This document shows positions 9,470 through 19,316 of a DNA stretch of 64,000 bases, piece by piece. Location of the stretch: positions 2,976,001-3,040,000 of the forward strand of contig OZ220691.1 of NCBI GenBank assembly GCA_965116475.1. Direction: 5' to 3'. The notes under the pieces were generated by a model. That model was not told the DNA's origin. It ran no database searches and was given only the letters and a program-made list of their open reading frames with translations. Origin of the DNA: Gemmatimonadota bacterium (GTDB lineage Bacteria > Gemmatimonadota > Gemmatimonadetes > Palauibacterales > Palauibacteraceae). Each line of letters opens with the position of its first letter. The first letter of the stretch is position 1. Position numbers and translations under genes: made by a program.

Positions 9470-10087
9470 ATGCCGTTTCGCGTCGGATTGACCGGCACGG
9501 TGGCCGCCGGCAAGAGCACCGTGGCCCGCAGCCTGGCGGCACGGGGCGCCACGGTCATCGATTCCGACGAACTTGCGCGCGAGGTCGTGCGTCCGGGGTC
9601 CCCGGCACACGCCCGCGTCCGCGAGGCGTTCGGGAGCGGCGTCATCGGCCCCGACGGGGCCATCGACCGATCCGCCCTCCGGGACGCGGCCTTTGCCGAC
9701 GAACAGGCCCGCCAACGCCTCGAGGAGATCTCTCACGCCGGCATCCGTGAACTCCGGGCCCGCCGGATCGCCGAAGCGGCGGCGGCCGGCGCGCGCGTGG
9801 TCGTCGAGGAAATCCCCCTCCTGTTCGAGGTCGGCCTGGAAGACGACTACGACATGATCGTCGTCGTGGATGCGCCGCGAGAGGTGCGCGAGGCGCGGGC
9901 GCTGGCGTCCCGAGGATGGACCGCGGAGGACTTCGCCGCCATCGATGCCGCGCAGCTTGCGGCGTCGGAGAAGCGGCGCCGGGCCGACCGCGTGCTCGAC
10001 AACCGGAGCGATCCCGGCGCACTGGACACCGCGGCGGGCGGACTGTGGCGGGAGATCCTGCGGGCGGCCGGCGAGGGCGGGTCTTGA
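9470..10087 (+). CDS. coaE: Dephospho-CoA kinase
   Basis: VGLTGTVAAGKST, IDR..L and EIPLLFE motifs; start revised to ATG 9470. Confidence 0.92.
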   Translation: MPFRVGLTGTVAAGKSTVARSLAARGATVIDSDELAREVVRPGSPAHARVREAFGSGVIGPDGAIDRSALRDAAFADEQARQRLEEISHAGIRELRARRIAEAAAAGARVVVEEIPLLFEVGLEDDYDMIVVVDAPREVREARALASRGWTAEDFAAIDAAQLAASEKRRRADRVLDNRSDPGALDTAAGGLWREILRAAGEGGS

Positions 10088-10098
10088 CCGCATCCCCG

Positions 10099-11118
10099 AT
10101 GTCGCCGGCGCGTGCGAACGCGCTCGAAGCGATCCGGCGCCGCCTGCGCGACGCCACGTCCGTCGTCCTCACGACCCATGTGAACCCCGATGGCGATGGC
10201 ATCGGCAGCATGGTGGCGCTGGCATCCCGGCTGCTGCGCCACGGGGCCGAAGCCACGATCGTCACGCCGAGCCGGCCGCCGCCTTCGCTCCGATTCCTCC
10301 TCAGGGACATCCCGGCGCTCGTCGAGGAGGACCCGGCAGCCGCGGACCCGCTGAACGGGGCCGACACGCTCGCCATCCTCGACACCGCCGAACCGAAGCG
10401 TCTCGGCAGCCTGCCCGGGCATGCGGAGCGGACGGGAGGCGTCCTGATCGACCATCACCCGCCCGTGGGGTCTCCGCTCGTGACGCCGGCGATCCGCGAT
10501 CCCTCCGCCTGCGCGACGGGCGAACTGGTCTACGACCTGCTCTCCCTCGACGACGACGGGCTCACGCGAACGGAAGCGGAAGCCCTGTACACGGCGATCT
10601 CGACGGATACGGGGTCATTCCGTTTCTCGAACACCTCCCCCCGCGCGCACGCCATCGCGAGCGAGCTGCTGGCGACGGGGGTGGATACGGGTGCGCTCTT
10701 CCGTGAACTGTACGGCGTGTACAGCCGGGGGCGACTGGCCCTCATGCGGCTGGCCCTCGAGGGTCTGGAAGTCGATCCTCGCGCTCCCATCGCCTGGATC
10801 GCGCTCGATCGCCGGGCGCTCTCGAGGACCGGGGCGCGAAGCGAGGACATGGAAGGTCTGGTCGAGTTCCCGCGCCGGCTCGCGGGAATGGAGGTCGGGC
10901 TCCTCTTCCGCGGACTCGCGCGCAATCGGACGAAGGTGTCGCTGCGTTCGAACGGGGAGGTGGACGTGTCCGGCGTCGCGCAACTCCTCGGCGGCGGCGG
11001 ACACGCGAAGGCTTCCGGCGTCCTCATTGAACTCGACCTGGACGAGGCGGTGCGGGTCGTACTGGACGCGTTGCGGCCGCTCGCGGAAGCGGCCGTCGCC
11101 TCGAAGCGGGATCGGTAG
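10099..11118 (+). CDS. nrnA: DHH/DHHA1 phosphoesterase (NrnA-like oligoribonuclease/PAP phosphatase)
   Basis: THVNPDGDG, IDHH, TDTGSF, SLRS and GGGGH motifs; alternative TTG start at 10084. Confidence 0.88.
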   Translation: MSPARANALEAIRRRLRDATSVVLTTHVNPDGDGIGSMVALASRLLRHGAEATIVTPSRPPPSLRFLLRDIPALVEEDPAAADPLNGADTLAILDTAEPKRLGSLPGHAERTGGVLIDHHPPVGSPLVTPAIRDPSACATGELVYDLLSLDDDGLTRTEAEALYTAISTDTGSFRFSNTSPRAHAIASELLATGVDTGALFRELYGVYSRGRLALMRLALEGLEVDPRAPIAWIALDRRALSRTGARSEDMEGLVEFPRRLAGMEVGLLFRGLARNRTKVSLRSNGEVDVSGVAQLLGGGGHAKASGVLIELDLDEAVRVVLDALRPLAEAAVASKRDR

Positions 11119-11146
11119 CGACCGGCGCGCGGACGGGCACTTCGGA

Positions 11147-11176
11147 TTGCCTCCGTCCGGGAGTCCGGCGTATGTT
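11147..11176 (+). promoter_or_regulatory. sigma70-type promoter candidate
   Basis: TTGCCT-N18-TATGTT upstream of the 11243 gene. Confidence 0.5.
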
Positions 11177-11242
11177 GTGGGGGTGCCGTGCGTTCGGGGC
11201 TGCCGGTAGCGGGGCCCGGGGTGGGGATTCGGCGGGGAGGGT

Positions 11243-11695
11243 GTGATGGACGCGAAAGTCACCAGGGACATGCCGCACGCAGGGAACGGGGTCATGGAGG
11301 ATCCTGGTTCTCGCGCGGCCCGGCTCGGCGACCTCAGTCGGCGCATTCCTCCGCCCCGCATCGCGGATGTGTGGCTCTTTCCGCCGCTCCCCCAGGTCGA
11401 GGAATCTTCCGAGTTCTTCCTCTTCACGAGCATCCTCGAAGACGGCGGGCGCGCCCTCTACAGCGCCCGCATGGTGCCGGCCAACGGCACGCCCTCCCAC
11501 CAGGTGGTCGTGGAGCACGGGCGGGCGCCGGCGAACCGCGTGCCCGGCCTGGTGGCCGGATTGCAGCGGCGGCTTGGACAGCCCGCCGCCGTCCGTCACA
11601 TCCCGATCGAAGGTGACGGCGCGCGCTGGGAAGCCTTCCTGGAACAGTCACGGGAGGCGGATGCCTCCGTTGATCCCGCCGGACAGGGTCGTTAG
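11243..11695 (+). CDS. Hypothetical protein
   Basis: GGAGG RBS; globular-looking sequence; fills the gap between recognised genes. Confidence 0.65.
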   Translation: MMDAKVTRDMPHAGNGVMEDPGSRAARLGDLSRRIPPPRIADVWLFPPLPQVEESSEFFLFTSILEDGGRALYSARMVPANGTPSHQVVVEHGRAPANRVPGLVAGLQRRLGQPAAVRHIPIEGDGARWEAFLEQSREADASVDPAGQGR

Positions 11696-11765
11696 CTTCG
11701 GCGAACGCGAGGATCGGCCGCGATGGCCGAACGTTGGCCTTGTTCCCCGACAGTGTGATGGTTAA

Positions 11766-12212
11766 GTGAGTCCTCCCGAAACGCCACGCCGAGGCGTGTC
11801 CCGAGACGAGTTGCGTCGCGCCCTCGAGGCCGGTGGACACCGGTTTACGATCCAGCGCGCGGCCGTGTACCGCGTGCTCTCCGGCACGTCCTCGCATCCG
11901 ACGGCGGACGACGTTTTCACCTCGGTGCGCGAGCGGATTCCCGACATCAGCCTCGCCACGGTCTACAAGGCGCTCGAGGCCTTCGTGACCTGCGGGGTCG
12001 CGCGCAAGCTCTCGCTCGGCGTGGGTCCGGCGCGCTACGATGGCCGAACCGACGATCACGAACATATCCGCTGTCTCTCCTGCGACCGCGTTCAGGACAT
12101 CGAAGGCCTGCGGCCGCGCGACTGGATGGAGGGACTGGCCGAAATGACGCCGTTCAACGTCGTCGGCTACCGGCTCGAGCTGGAGGGCTACTGCCCCGAC
12201 TGCCTGCACTGA
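11766..12212 (+). CDS. Fur/PerR family transcriptional regulator
   Basis: RFTIQR, HPTADDV, ISLATVY, HEHIRCLSC and C-terminal GYCPDC motifs. Confidence 0.92.
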   Translation: MSPPETPRRGVSRDELRRALEAGGHRFTIQRAAVYRVLSGTSSHPTADDVFTSVRERIPDISLATVYKALEAFVTCGVARKLSLGVGPARYDGRTDDHEHIRCLSCDRVQDIEGLRPRDWMEGLAEMTPFNVVGYRLELEGYCPDCLH

Positions 12213-13153
12213 ACGGAGTCGATCCGCCCCGCCGTCTCGCGGAGCACGCCTGGACGGACCGCCACAACTTCCTCGATCTCCCGCCTGAATTGTGCCGCTG
12301 GGAGGCGGCGGGCGCCGTCATCCTCCCCATTCCCTACGAAGCGACTACAAGCTGGGGGACGGGTACGCGCGAGGGCCCGGCCGCGATCATCGAGGCGTCC
12401 CGTTACATCGAGTGGTATGACGAGGAACTGGACCGCGAGCCGTACGAAGTCGGCGTATGCACGCTCCCGTCCATCGACCTCGGCACGGCCGGCCCGGAGC
12501 CGGCGATCGCGAGGCTGCGGGCTCTGTACGTTGATCTGCTCGAGGCCGCCGGGAACCGGTTCATCATCGGACTGGGCGGGGAACATTCGATTTCCAGCGC
12601 TCCGGCCGCTGCGTGGGCGGACCGCCTCGACGGCGACGTCACGATTCTACAGTTCGACGCGCACACGGACCTGAGGGATCGCCACCACGACTCTCCGTGG
12701 AACCATGCCTGCGTCATGCGCCGGGCGCTCGAACACCGGTCGAGCGGAGCGAAGCGGGCGGCTGCGGCGGATATCGTAGCGGTCGGGATCCGCGCGCTCA
12801 CGCGGGAGGAGCGGGACGTGATCCGCGATCACCGGATCGAGGTCGTGTTCGCGCACGAGATGCGCCGGCCGGGCTGGGTCGAGCGGGCGGTGGAGGCGCT
12901 GGGGAAGAACGTCTACATCACGTTCGACGTGGACTTCTTCGATCCGTCGCTGATGCCGGCCACCGGCACGCCGGAACCCGGCGGCGGCACCTGGTGGGAC
13001 GCGCTGGATCTGCTCTCCCGGGTCTTCGCCGAGCGCAACGTCGTGGGCGCGGACATCGTGGAACTCGCCCCGCGGCGGGGCGAGGAGGCCTCGGCCTTCA
13101 CTGCGGCGAAGCTCGCCTACAAGATGATCGGGTTCTGGTCGGAGTACCGGTAA
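12209..13153 (+). CDS. speB: Agmatinase (ureohydrolase family)
   Basis: GGEHS, DAHTD, TFDVD and TGTPEPGG motifs; the frame stays open upstream of TTG 12290 through HNFLDL to a CTG overlapping the fur stop. Confidence 0.88.
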   Translation: MNGVDPPRRLAEHAWTDRHNFLDLPPELCRWEAAGAVILPIPYEATTSWGTGTREGPAAIIEASRYIEWYDEELDREPYEVGVCTLPSIDLGTAGPEPAIARLRALYVDLLEAAGNRFIIGLGGEHSISSAPAAAWADRLDGDVTILQFDAHTDLRDRHHDSPWNHACVMRRALEHRSSGAKRAAAADIVAVGIRALTREERDVIRDHRIEVVFAHEMRRPGWVERAVEALGKNVYITFDVDFFDPSLMPATGTPEPGGGTWWDALDLLSRVFAERNVVGADIVELAPRRGEEASAFTAAKLAYKMIGFWSEYR

Positions 13154-13177
13154 CCCCTGCCGGTAACGCCGCAGTGG

Positions 13178-14959
13178 TCAGGCGCTGGCGACGCGCCGCT
13201 GTTCGATGCGCTCGAGTTCCTCGGCCACGAGCTGGCGGCGCAGCAGGCGCGCGTAGACGCCATCGGCCGCGATCAGATCTTCATGTACGCCGCGTTCGAC
13301 GAGGCGTCCGTCTTCCAGGACGAGGATCATGTCGGCGGTGCGCACCGCCGACACGCGGTGAGAGACGATGATGGAGGTGCGCCCGGCCATGTATTCGCGC
13401 AGCGCCTCCAGGATCGCGGTTTCCGTCTCCGAATCCACGGCCGACAGGGCGTCGTCCAGGATGAGCAGCGGCGCGTCGCGGTGGACTGCCCGCGCCAGCG
13501 TGGCCCGCTGTTTCTGTCCGCCCGAGAGGTTGATCCCGCGCTCGCCCAGGCGCGTGTCGATCCCGTCCGGAAGGATGGCGAGCGTCTTCTCCAGCTGCGA
13601 AACGGCGAGCGCGCTGCGGAGTTCGTCCGAGACCGGCTCCCCCGCATCCTTCTCTCCGGGCACGAGTTCGATGTTCGTCCTCAGCCGCATGCTGAACAGG
13701 AACGGCTCCTGCGGGACGAATGCCATCGAGGCGCGCAGGGAACCCACGTCGAGTTCCCGGACATCCACGCCATCGAGGCGAATCGTCCCCGCCGTCACGT
13801 CGTAGAGACGGGGGATGAGCGCGGCCAGCGTGGATTTTCCGCTCGCGGTCGCGCCGACGATGGCGACCGTCTGCCCGGGTTCGATGCGGAAGGAGATGTC
13901 CCGCAGCACGTCGCGCTCCGTGCCCGGATAGCGGAAGGAGACGGCGTCGAACTCCAGCGCTCCCCGCACGGACGTCAGCGAGACCGGCGACTCCGGGTCC
14001 CGGACGGCGGGGACGATATCGAACAGTTCGTTGAGGCGGCCCATCGAGGCGGCCCCCCGCTGGAAGAGGTTCGTGACCCAGCCGAGGGCGATCATGGGCC
14101 ACATCAGCATCGTGAGGTAGAAGGAGAAGGCGACGAAATCGCCGAGCGTGATGGCGCCGCGGACGACCTGCCCGCCGCCGAACCAAAGGACGACGACCGC
14201 GCCGACGCCCGTGAAGAACATGAGCGACGGGTGGAACAGCCCCCACACGCGGGCGAGGGAGAGATTGCGCGACTTGTAGCCGCGGTTGAGGGTCTCGAAA
14301 CGTCGCGTTTGCGCCTCCTCGCGCACGTACGCCTTCACGATGCGGGTCCCGGCCAGATTTTCCTGGGCGAAGTTGGAGATCTCCGAGAACTGGGCCTGGA
14401 TTCTCTCGAAGCGTTCATGGATCTGTCGGCCGAAGACGAACACGATGGGGGGGAGGACGACCATCGGAATCATCGCCCACAGCGTGAGCATGGGATCGAT
14501 CCAGATCATGAGCCCGAGCGCCAGCGTCGCGACGGTGGCGGTATTCACCGCGTACATGATCGCGGGTCCGGCGACCATGCGGACCGCCTGGACGTCGTTC
14601 GTCGCCCGGCTCACGAGATCGCCGGTCCGCCAGGCGTCGAAGAACTGCGGCGGAAGCCGGAGCAGGTGCGCGAAGAGGGCGCTCCGGACATCGGTCTCCA
14701 TTCGGCGGCTCAGCCCGTTCAGGAGCTTCCGCATCCAGAATCTCGTCGCGCCGGCCACGACGGAGATCGCCGTGAGGACGAGGGCGTAGCGCAGGATGAG
14801 GTCGGCGCGGAGTTCCCTCTCCAGCGCGTCGATCGCCATCTTGAGCACCCACGGGCCCGCGACCGTGAACAGATTGCTCACGATCACGAGCGTGAGCCCG
14901 GCCGCGATTCCCACGCGGTACGGGCGGAAGTAGGGTAGCAGCGCTCTGAGCGATTTCAC
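13178..14959 (-). CDS. ABC exporter, fused permease and ATPase (MdlA-like)
   Basis: About six TM helices; Walker A GATASGKS, LSGGQKQR and ILDD motifs; GTG start with GGAG RBS. Confidence 0.92.
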   Translation of the reverse strand: MKSLRALLPYFRPYRVGIAAGLTLVIVSNLFTVAGPWVLKMAIDALERELRADLILRYALVLTAISVVAGATRFWMRKLLNGLSRRMETDVRSALFAHLLRLPPQFFDAWRTGDLVSRATNDVQAVRMVAGPAIMYAVNTATVATLALGLMIWIDPMLTLWAMIPMVVLPPIVFVFGRQIHERFERIQAQFSEISNFAQENLAGTRIVKAYVREEAQTRRFETLNRGYKSRNLSLARVWGLFHPSLMFFTGVGAVVVLWFGGGQVVRGAITLGDFVAFSFYLTMLMWPMIALGWVTNLFQRGAASMGRLNELFDIVPAVRDPESPVSLTSVRGALEFDAVSFRYPGTERDVLRDISFRIEPGQTVAIVGATASGKSTLAALIPRLYDVTAGTIRLDGVDVRELDVGSLRASMAFVPQEPFLFSMRLRTNIELVPGEKDAGEPVSDELRSALAVSQLEKTLAILPDGIDTRLGERGINLSGGQKQRATLARAVHRDAPLLILDDALSAVDSETETAILEALREYMAGRTSIIVSHRVSAVRTADMILVLEDGRLVERGVHEDLIAADGVYARLLRRQLVAEELERIEQRRVASA

Positions 14960-15010
14960 GATGTCTCCGCGTGGGGGCGCCGGGCGTTTATTCTGCGGGG
15001 GCGCCGTTCG

Positions 15011-15039
15011 AACGTATGTGCGGGTTGCAGGCCGTACAA
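15011..15039 (-). promoter_or_regulatory. sigma70-type promoter candidate for the ABC exporter
   Basis: TTGTAC-N17-TACGTT on the minus strand. Confidence 0.45.
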
Positions 15040-15069
15040 CGACACGATGGAAGGGATGGAAGGGACAGG

Positions 15070-15825
15070 ATGGAACGGACAACGTCAGCGAAGCTCGCCA
15101 CGCTCGCCGCGATAACCGCGATGGTCACGGGCTGTGCACCGGAGATCGGCCCCGGGGCGGAGGGAAGCGCGGATGCGAACGACTCAACGAACGACGCATC
15201 GGCGGAGAGTGCACCGCCCGCATCGCCCGTGCGGCGGATGCCGGCCGCGCCGGTGTCCGAGCCCGGCGGCGCACCTGAAATGACCTATACCATGGTGACG
15301 GTTCAGGCCGGCGCGGAACTCGAGGTCGAACTCCTCGATACGATCCGCACGAGCGACCTTCGGCCCGGGGACCCCGTTCAGTTCGGGGTGACGCGGCCGT
15401 TGATCGAGAACCACATGGTCCTGGTGCCGCTGAACTCGCTGATCAACGGCGAGATCACCGCGGTGGAGGCCGCGCCCGACGCGGGGGGCGTCACTGAAGC
15501 CGGCGGGGCCGGCGAACCGGCCATGGTGAAGGTCCACTTCGTCGATGTCTTCTTCAACGGAAGTGCCTGGCCCCTGTCGGCGTCGGTGGTGGGGGTCATG
15601 CCGGGGCCGGGAGGCGGACCGGCGGCCGGAGGGGCGGCGCGCGTGGATTTGGGCCGCGTCCTCGCCGGCGGCCGTCAAGGCGCCGTCGCGGGCGCCGCGG
15701 CAGGAGCCGCCACCGGTTCCGCGATCCTTCTCGCGGCCGACGGCGCCGGCCCGGCGCTCCCGGCCGGAACGATCCTCAGGCTGCGGCTCGATGAACCCCT
15801 GGTGTTCGGGCTTCCGAACAGTTGA
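15070..15825 (+). CDS. Hypothetical lipoprotein (beta-barrel plus glycine-zipper-like segment)
   Basis: Lipobox VTGC, low-complexity linker, GAVAGAAAGAATG, C-terminal LPAGTILRLRLDEPL. Confidence 0.7.
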   Translation: MERTTSAKLATLAAITAMVTGCAPEIGPGAEGSADANDSTNDASAESAPPASPVRRMPAAPVSEPGGAPEMTYTMVTVQAGAELEVELLDTIRTSDLRPGDPVQFGVTRPLIENHMVLVPLNSLINGEITAVEAAPDAGGVTEAGGAGEPAMVKVHFVDVFFNGSAWPLSASVVGVMPGPGGGPAAGGAARVDLGRVLAGGRQGAVAGAAAGAATGSAILLAADGAGPALPAGTILRLRLDEPLVFGLPNS

Positions 15826-15872
15826 GGTCCGAACAGCTGAGGATGGGAATCGATGCCGGCAGGCGCGCCGGA

Positions 15873-16604
15873 TCAGACACCGATCCTCGGACACTCGGGT
15901 TCGAGCGGACATTCCCCGCAGCGCGGGGCCCGGGCGAGGCAGAGCGAGCGGCCGAACGTGATGAGCAGCATGTGCATGCGGAAACGCTCGGAGGGTGGGA
16001 CAGTGCGCGAGAGGGCGGCGTAGGTCGCGTCGGCTGAAGCCCGCGGGGGGACCCACGCGAGGCGCCGCGCGATCCGGAGGACGTGCGTATCGACCGGGAG
16101 TACGGGTCGGCGGAGCGAGAAGCAGAGCACGCACGCGGCGGTCTTCACGCCGACTCCCCGGAAGGTCGTGAGGTAGGCGATCGCCTCCTCATCGCCCATC
16201 TCCTCGAGGTGATCGAGCGTGATGCGCCCCACCTCGGCGCGGAGCCGCTCGAGGGCGGCGTGGATGGCCGGCGCCTTCTGGTTCGCGAGGCCGGCGACGC
16301 GCACGGCGTCCTGGAGCTCGGCCGGCGTGGCCCGAAGCACGGATTCCCACGAGATCGGGCCGGGGCGAGACGCTCCGCCCGCCGTTTTCCCGGCTCCCCC
16401 GGCTTCTCCGGCCGGATACCGCGCCGCGAGCGTTCGCCAGGCGCGATCCCGGTTCTCGTCGGTCGTCGACTGGCTGAGGATGGTGAGGACGAGTTCGTCC
16501 AGAGGGGCGAGGCGAGGCTTGTCGGGGACCGCGAAGCGCTCGGACAGGCGCCCGAGGACGAGGTCGGTCCCCGGACTCCGCGTCGCCTGAGGGCTGGAAT
16601 TCAC
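15873..16604 (-). CDS. nth: Endonuclease III family HhH-GPD DNA glycosylase
   Basis: ILSQST, GVGVKTA, PVDTHV and C-x6-C-x2-C-x5-C Fe-S loop; GTG start at 16604. Confidence 0.88.
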   Translation of the reverse strand: MNSSPQATRSPGTDLVLGRLSERFAVPDKPRLAPLDELVLTILSQSTTDENRDRAWRTLAARYPAGEAGGAGKTAGGASRPGPISWESVLRATPAELQDAVRVAGLANQKAPAIHAALERLRAEVGRITLDHLEEMGDEEAIAYLTTFRGVGVKTAACVLCFSLRRPVLPVDTHVLRIARRLAWVPPRASADATYAALSRTVPPSERFRMHMLLITFGRSLCLARAPRCGECPLEPECPRIGV

Positions 16605-16749
16605 GTGTGGCGTCTCTCCCCTGCCGCGGACCGCCGGGACCGGCGCGACTCCCGCCCTCCGGGCGAACCTTCTACGTTTGCGCCTGCCGAATTTACCCGG
16701 AGGCCGCGAACTCCAGCAACGAGCCGCAGGGCTCGTGAGGACCTGACGC

Positions 16750-18192
16750 TTGGATCCCCGTCTGACCGAGGGCCGCAACCCTCGTACACGCGCCATCGAC
16801 CGCGCGGACAGCGCGACGATCGTCCGCATGATACAGGCGGAAGATCGCGCCGTGCCGGAGGCCGTCGCCGCGCAGGCGTCGGTGCTCGCACGCGTCATCG
16901 ATGATGTCGTGGAGCGCTTCCGTCGGGGCGGTCGTCTCGTCTACGTCGGTGCGGGGACGAGTGGCCGCCTGGGCGTGCTCGACGCGGCGGAGTGTCCGCC
17001 GACGTTCGGCGTAGCCCCGGACCTCGTGCAGGCGATCATTGCGGGGGGCTCCGGCGCGCTCGTGCGGAGCGCGGAGGGGGCGGAGGATTCCCGGAACGGG
17101 GGAGCCGAGGCGGTCCGGACGTTCGGCGTGTCGGCCGCGGACCTCGTGCTCGGGATCGCGACGTCGGGGACGACGCCGTACGTCCTCGGGGCGCTGGCGG
17201 AGGCGGCGTCGCGCGGCGCGGGAACCGCGTTTCTCGGCTGCACCGCACCGTCCTCGGAGGTCGCGGAACTCGCGGACCACCTCATCCTGCCGCTCGTCGG
17301 GCCCGAGGTCATCGCCGGTTCGACGCGCATGAAGGCGGGGACGGCGACCAAGCTTGTGCTCAACACGATCACCACGGGAGCGATGATCCGCAGCGGCCGC
17401 GTGTTCGAGAACCTCATGGTCGACCTGCGGGCGCGATCGGCGAAACTCGTCGACCGCGGGCTCCGCATTTTCGTTGCGCTCACGGGGACATCGCGCGAGG
17501 AGGCGCGCCGCGCGCTGATCCGCACCGGCGGCGCGGTGAAGACGGCGCTTGCGATGCACGCGCTGGGCGTCGACCGCGCCCTGGCCGAGCGATACCTCGA
17601 CTGCGCGGACGGCTTCCTGGGCCTCGCGGTCGAGCGCTTCGGCGGCGCGGAGCGTCCGTGTTACGGCGGCTACCCGGCGGCGCCGGGCCGGCCAGACGGC
17701 GCGGCGCTGCTCGCGCGGCTGGGCGCCGCGCCGGCGCGGCTCGCCGCCGCGCGCGCGGCGGGCGCCGCGGCCGAGGCGGAGGGGCAGCGCATCGCGGCGC
17801 GCGGAGCCGCGTGGACGCCGGGCCAGCACGCCGCGCACCTGGCGGACTTCGAGCGGAGCGCCGTGCGGCCGCGAGTCGAGCGGTGGCTCGCGGCCGCCGA
17901 CTCGAAAGGGTCCCTCCCCACGTTCGACGACTGGACCGCGAACGCCCGCGCGCCCGCCCGCGGCTTCGAGACCGGAGTGGCCGGTTTCTCCGCGGAAAGG
18001 GCGGTCACGGTGGCGGCGGTGGCCGATGGTCCGGAGCCGGTCGCGGCGGCCCTCTCCCGCTGCGCACGCATCGGCTCCGAGACGTTGACGCTGTATCAGT
18101 TTCTGCGGGGCGTCGCGCAGCACGATGCCGCGCACGAGATGAGGTTGCAGGAGCGCGTGCACCCGGCACTGCTGGCCGAGGCGGACCGGTGA
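16750..18192 (+). CDS. murQ: N-acetylmuramic acid 6-phosphate etherase with C-terminal DinB-like domain
   Basis: GAGTSGRLGVLDAAECPPTFG and GPEVIAGSTRMKAGTA motifs; about 180 extra C-terminal residues. Confidence 0.92.
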   Translation: MDPRLTEGRNPRTRAIDRADSATIVRMIQAEDRAVPEAVAAQASVLARVIDDVVERFRRGGRLVYVGAGTSGRLGVLDAAECPPTFGVAPDLVQAIIAGGSGALVRSAEGAEDSRNGGAEAVRTFGVSAADLVLGIATSGTTPYVLGALAEAASRGAGTAFLGCTAPSSEVAELADHLILPLVGPEVIAGSTRMKAGTATKLVLNTITTGAMIRSGRVFENLMVDLRARSAKLVDRGLRIFVALTGTSREEARRALIRTGGAVKTALAMHALGVDRALAERYLDCADGFLGLAVERFGGAERPCYGGYPAAPGRPDGAALLARLGAAPARLAAARAAGAAAEAEGQRIAARGAAWTPGQHAAHLADFERSAVRPRVERWLAAADSKGSLPTFDDWTANARAPARGFETGVAGFSAERAVTVAAVADGPEPVAAALSRCARIGSETLTLYQFLRGVAQHDAAHEMRLQERVHPALLAEADR

Positions 18193-19316
18193 CCCTCTGG
18201 ATCGGCGTGATGTCGGGCACTTCGCTGGACGGCATCGATGTCGCCGTCGTCGAGACGGCGGGAGACCGCGAGCGGCCGGCGGACTGGCGCGTCGTCGCCT
18301 TCGAGACGGAGAGCTACGACCGCGCCGTGCGCGGACGGATCGCCGGCGCCATCACCTCGGGGAGCGCCGCGGCGATCTGCGCGCTCGACTTCGAGCTGGG
18401 CGAGCGGATCGGTGCAGCCGTGAACCGGACGCTGGCTTCCGCCTCGCTCCGGCCGGCCGATGTCGAAGCCATCGGCAGCCACGGCCAGACCGTATGGCAC
18501 GAGCCGCCCGCGGGCGCCCGGGGAGGGTCGACGCTGCAACTCGGCCAGGCCGCGGTCATCGCCGAGCGCACCTCGTGCGCGGTGGTGTCGGACTTCCGCG
18601 TGCGGGACATGGCGGCGGGCGGGGAAGGCGCGCCCCTCACGGCCTATACCGACTTGCTCCTCTTCCGCGCACCGGAATCGCGCGCGATTCAGAACATCGG
18701 CGGCATCAGCAACGTGACGGCGCTCCCCGCCGAAACCAGCGGGGCGACGCCGCAGGCCTACGATACCGGTCCCGGGGTCGTGCTCATCGATGGGGCGGTC
18801 GAGTGCCTTACGGAAGGGCGATCGCGCTTCGACCGCGACGGAGGGATGGCGCGGCGCGGGGCGGTGAGCGAAGACGCGCTCTCCGATTGGCTGAGCGATC
18901 CCTTCTTCCGCCAGCCCCCGCCCCGGTCGACGGGACGCGAGCGCTTCTCGCGGGACCGGCTGCTGGAATGGCTGCGGCGCCACGCCACGCTTTCGCCCGA
19001 AGACACGATCGCCACCCTGACGGAACTCACCGCGCGCACGATCGCGGACGCCTATCGATGGATCGAAGAGCGGCCTGCGGCGTGCTATCTCGGCGGCGGC
19101 GGAGCCCGGAACCCGGTGCTCGCAGCGCGAATCGAGCAGCTGCTGGATCCGATGCCCGTCCGCGACCTGTCCGCCCTCGGCCTCGACGCGGATGCGCGCG
19201 AGGCCGTGGCCTTCGCGCTCCTGGCGAGACAGCATGTGCTCGGGTATCCCGCCAACGCGCCGTGGGCCACGGGGGCGAGCGGTCCCCGCCTGCTCGGAGT
19301 GCGGACCGCCGCGTGA
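18189..19316 (+). CDS. anmK: Anhydro-N-acetylmuramic acid kinase
   Basis: IGVMSGTSLDGID, GSHGQT, NIGGISN, DTGPG and STGRE motifs; GTGA overlap. Confidence 0.95.
   Translation: MTLWIGVMSGTSLDGIDVAVVETAGDRERPADWRVVAFETESYDRAVRGRIAGAITSGSAAAICALDFELGERIGAAVNRTLASASLRPADVEAIGSHGQTVWHEPPAGARGGSTLQLGQAAVIAERTSCAVVSDFRVRDMAAGGEGAPLTAYTDLLLFRAPESRAIQNIGGISNVTALPAETSGATPQAYDTGPGVVLIDGAVECLTEGRSRFDRDGGMARRGAVSEDALSDWLSDPFFRQPPPRSTGRERFSRDRLLEWLRRHATLSPEDTIATLTELTARTIADAYRWIEERPAACYLGGGGARNPVLAARIEQLLDPMPVRDLSALGLDADAREAVAFALLARQHVLGYPANAPWATGASGPRLLGVRTAA

Noticed and set aside
15046..15076. GATGGAAGG repeats
   Set aside because: Short purine-rich low-complexity sequence around an RBS and start codon
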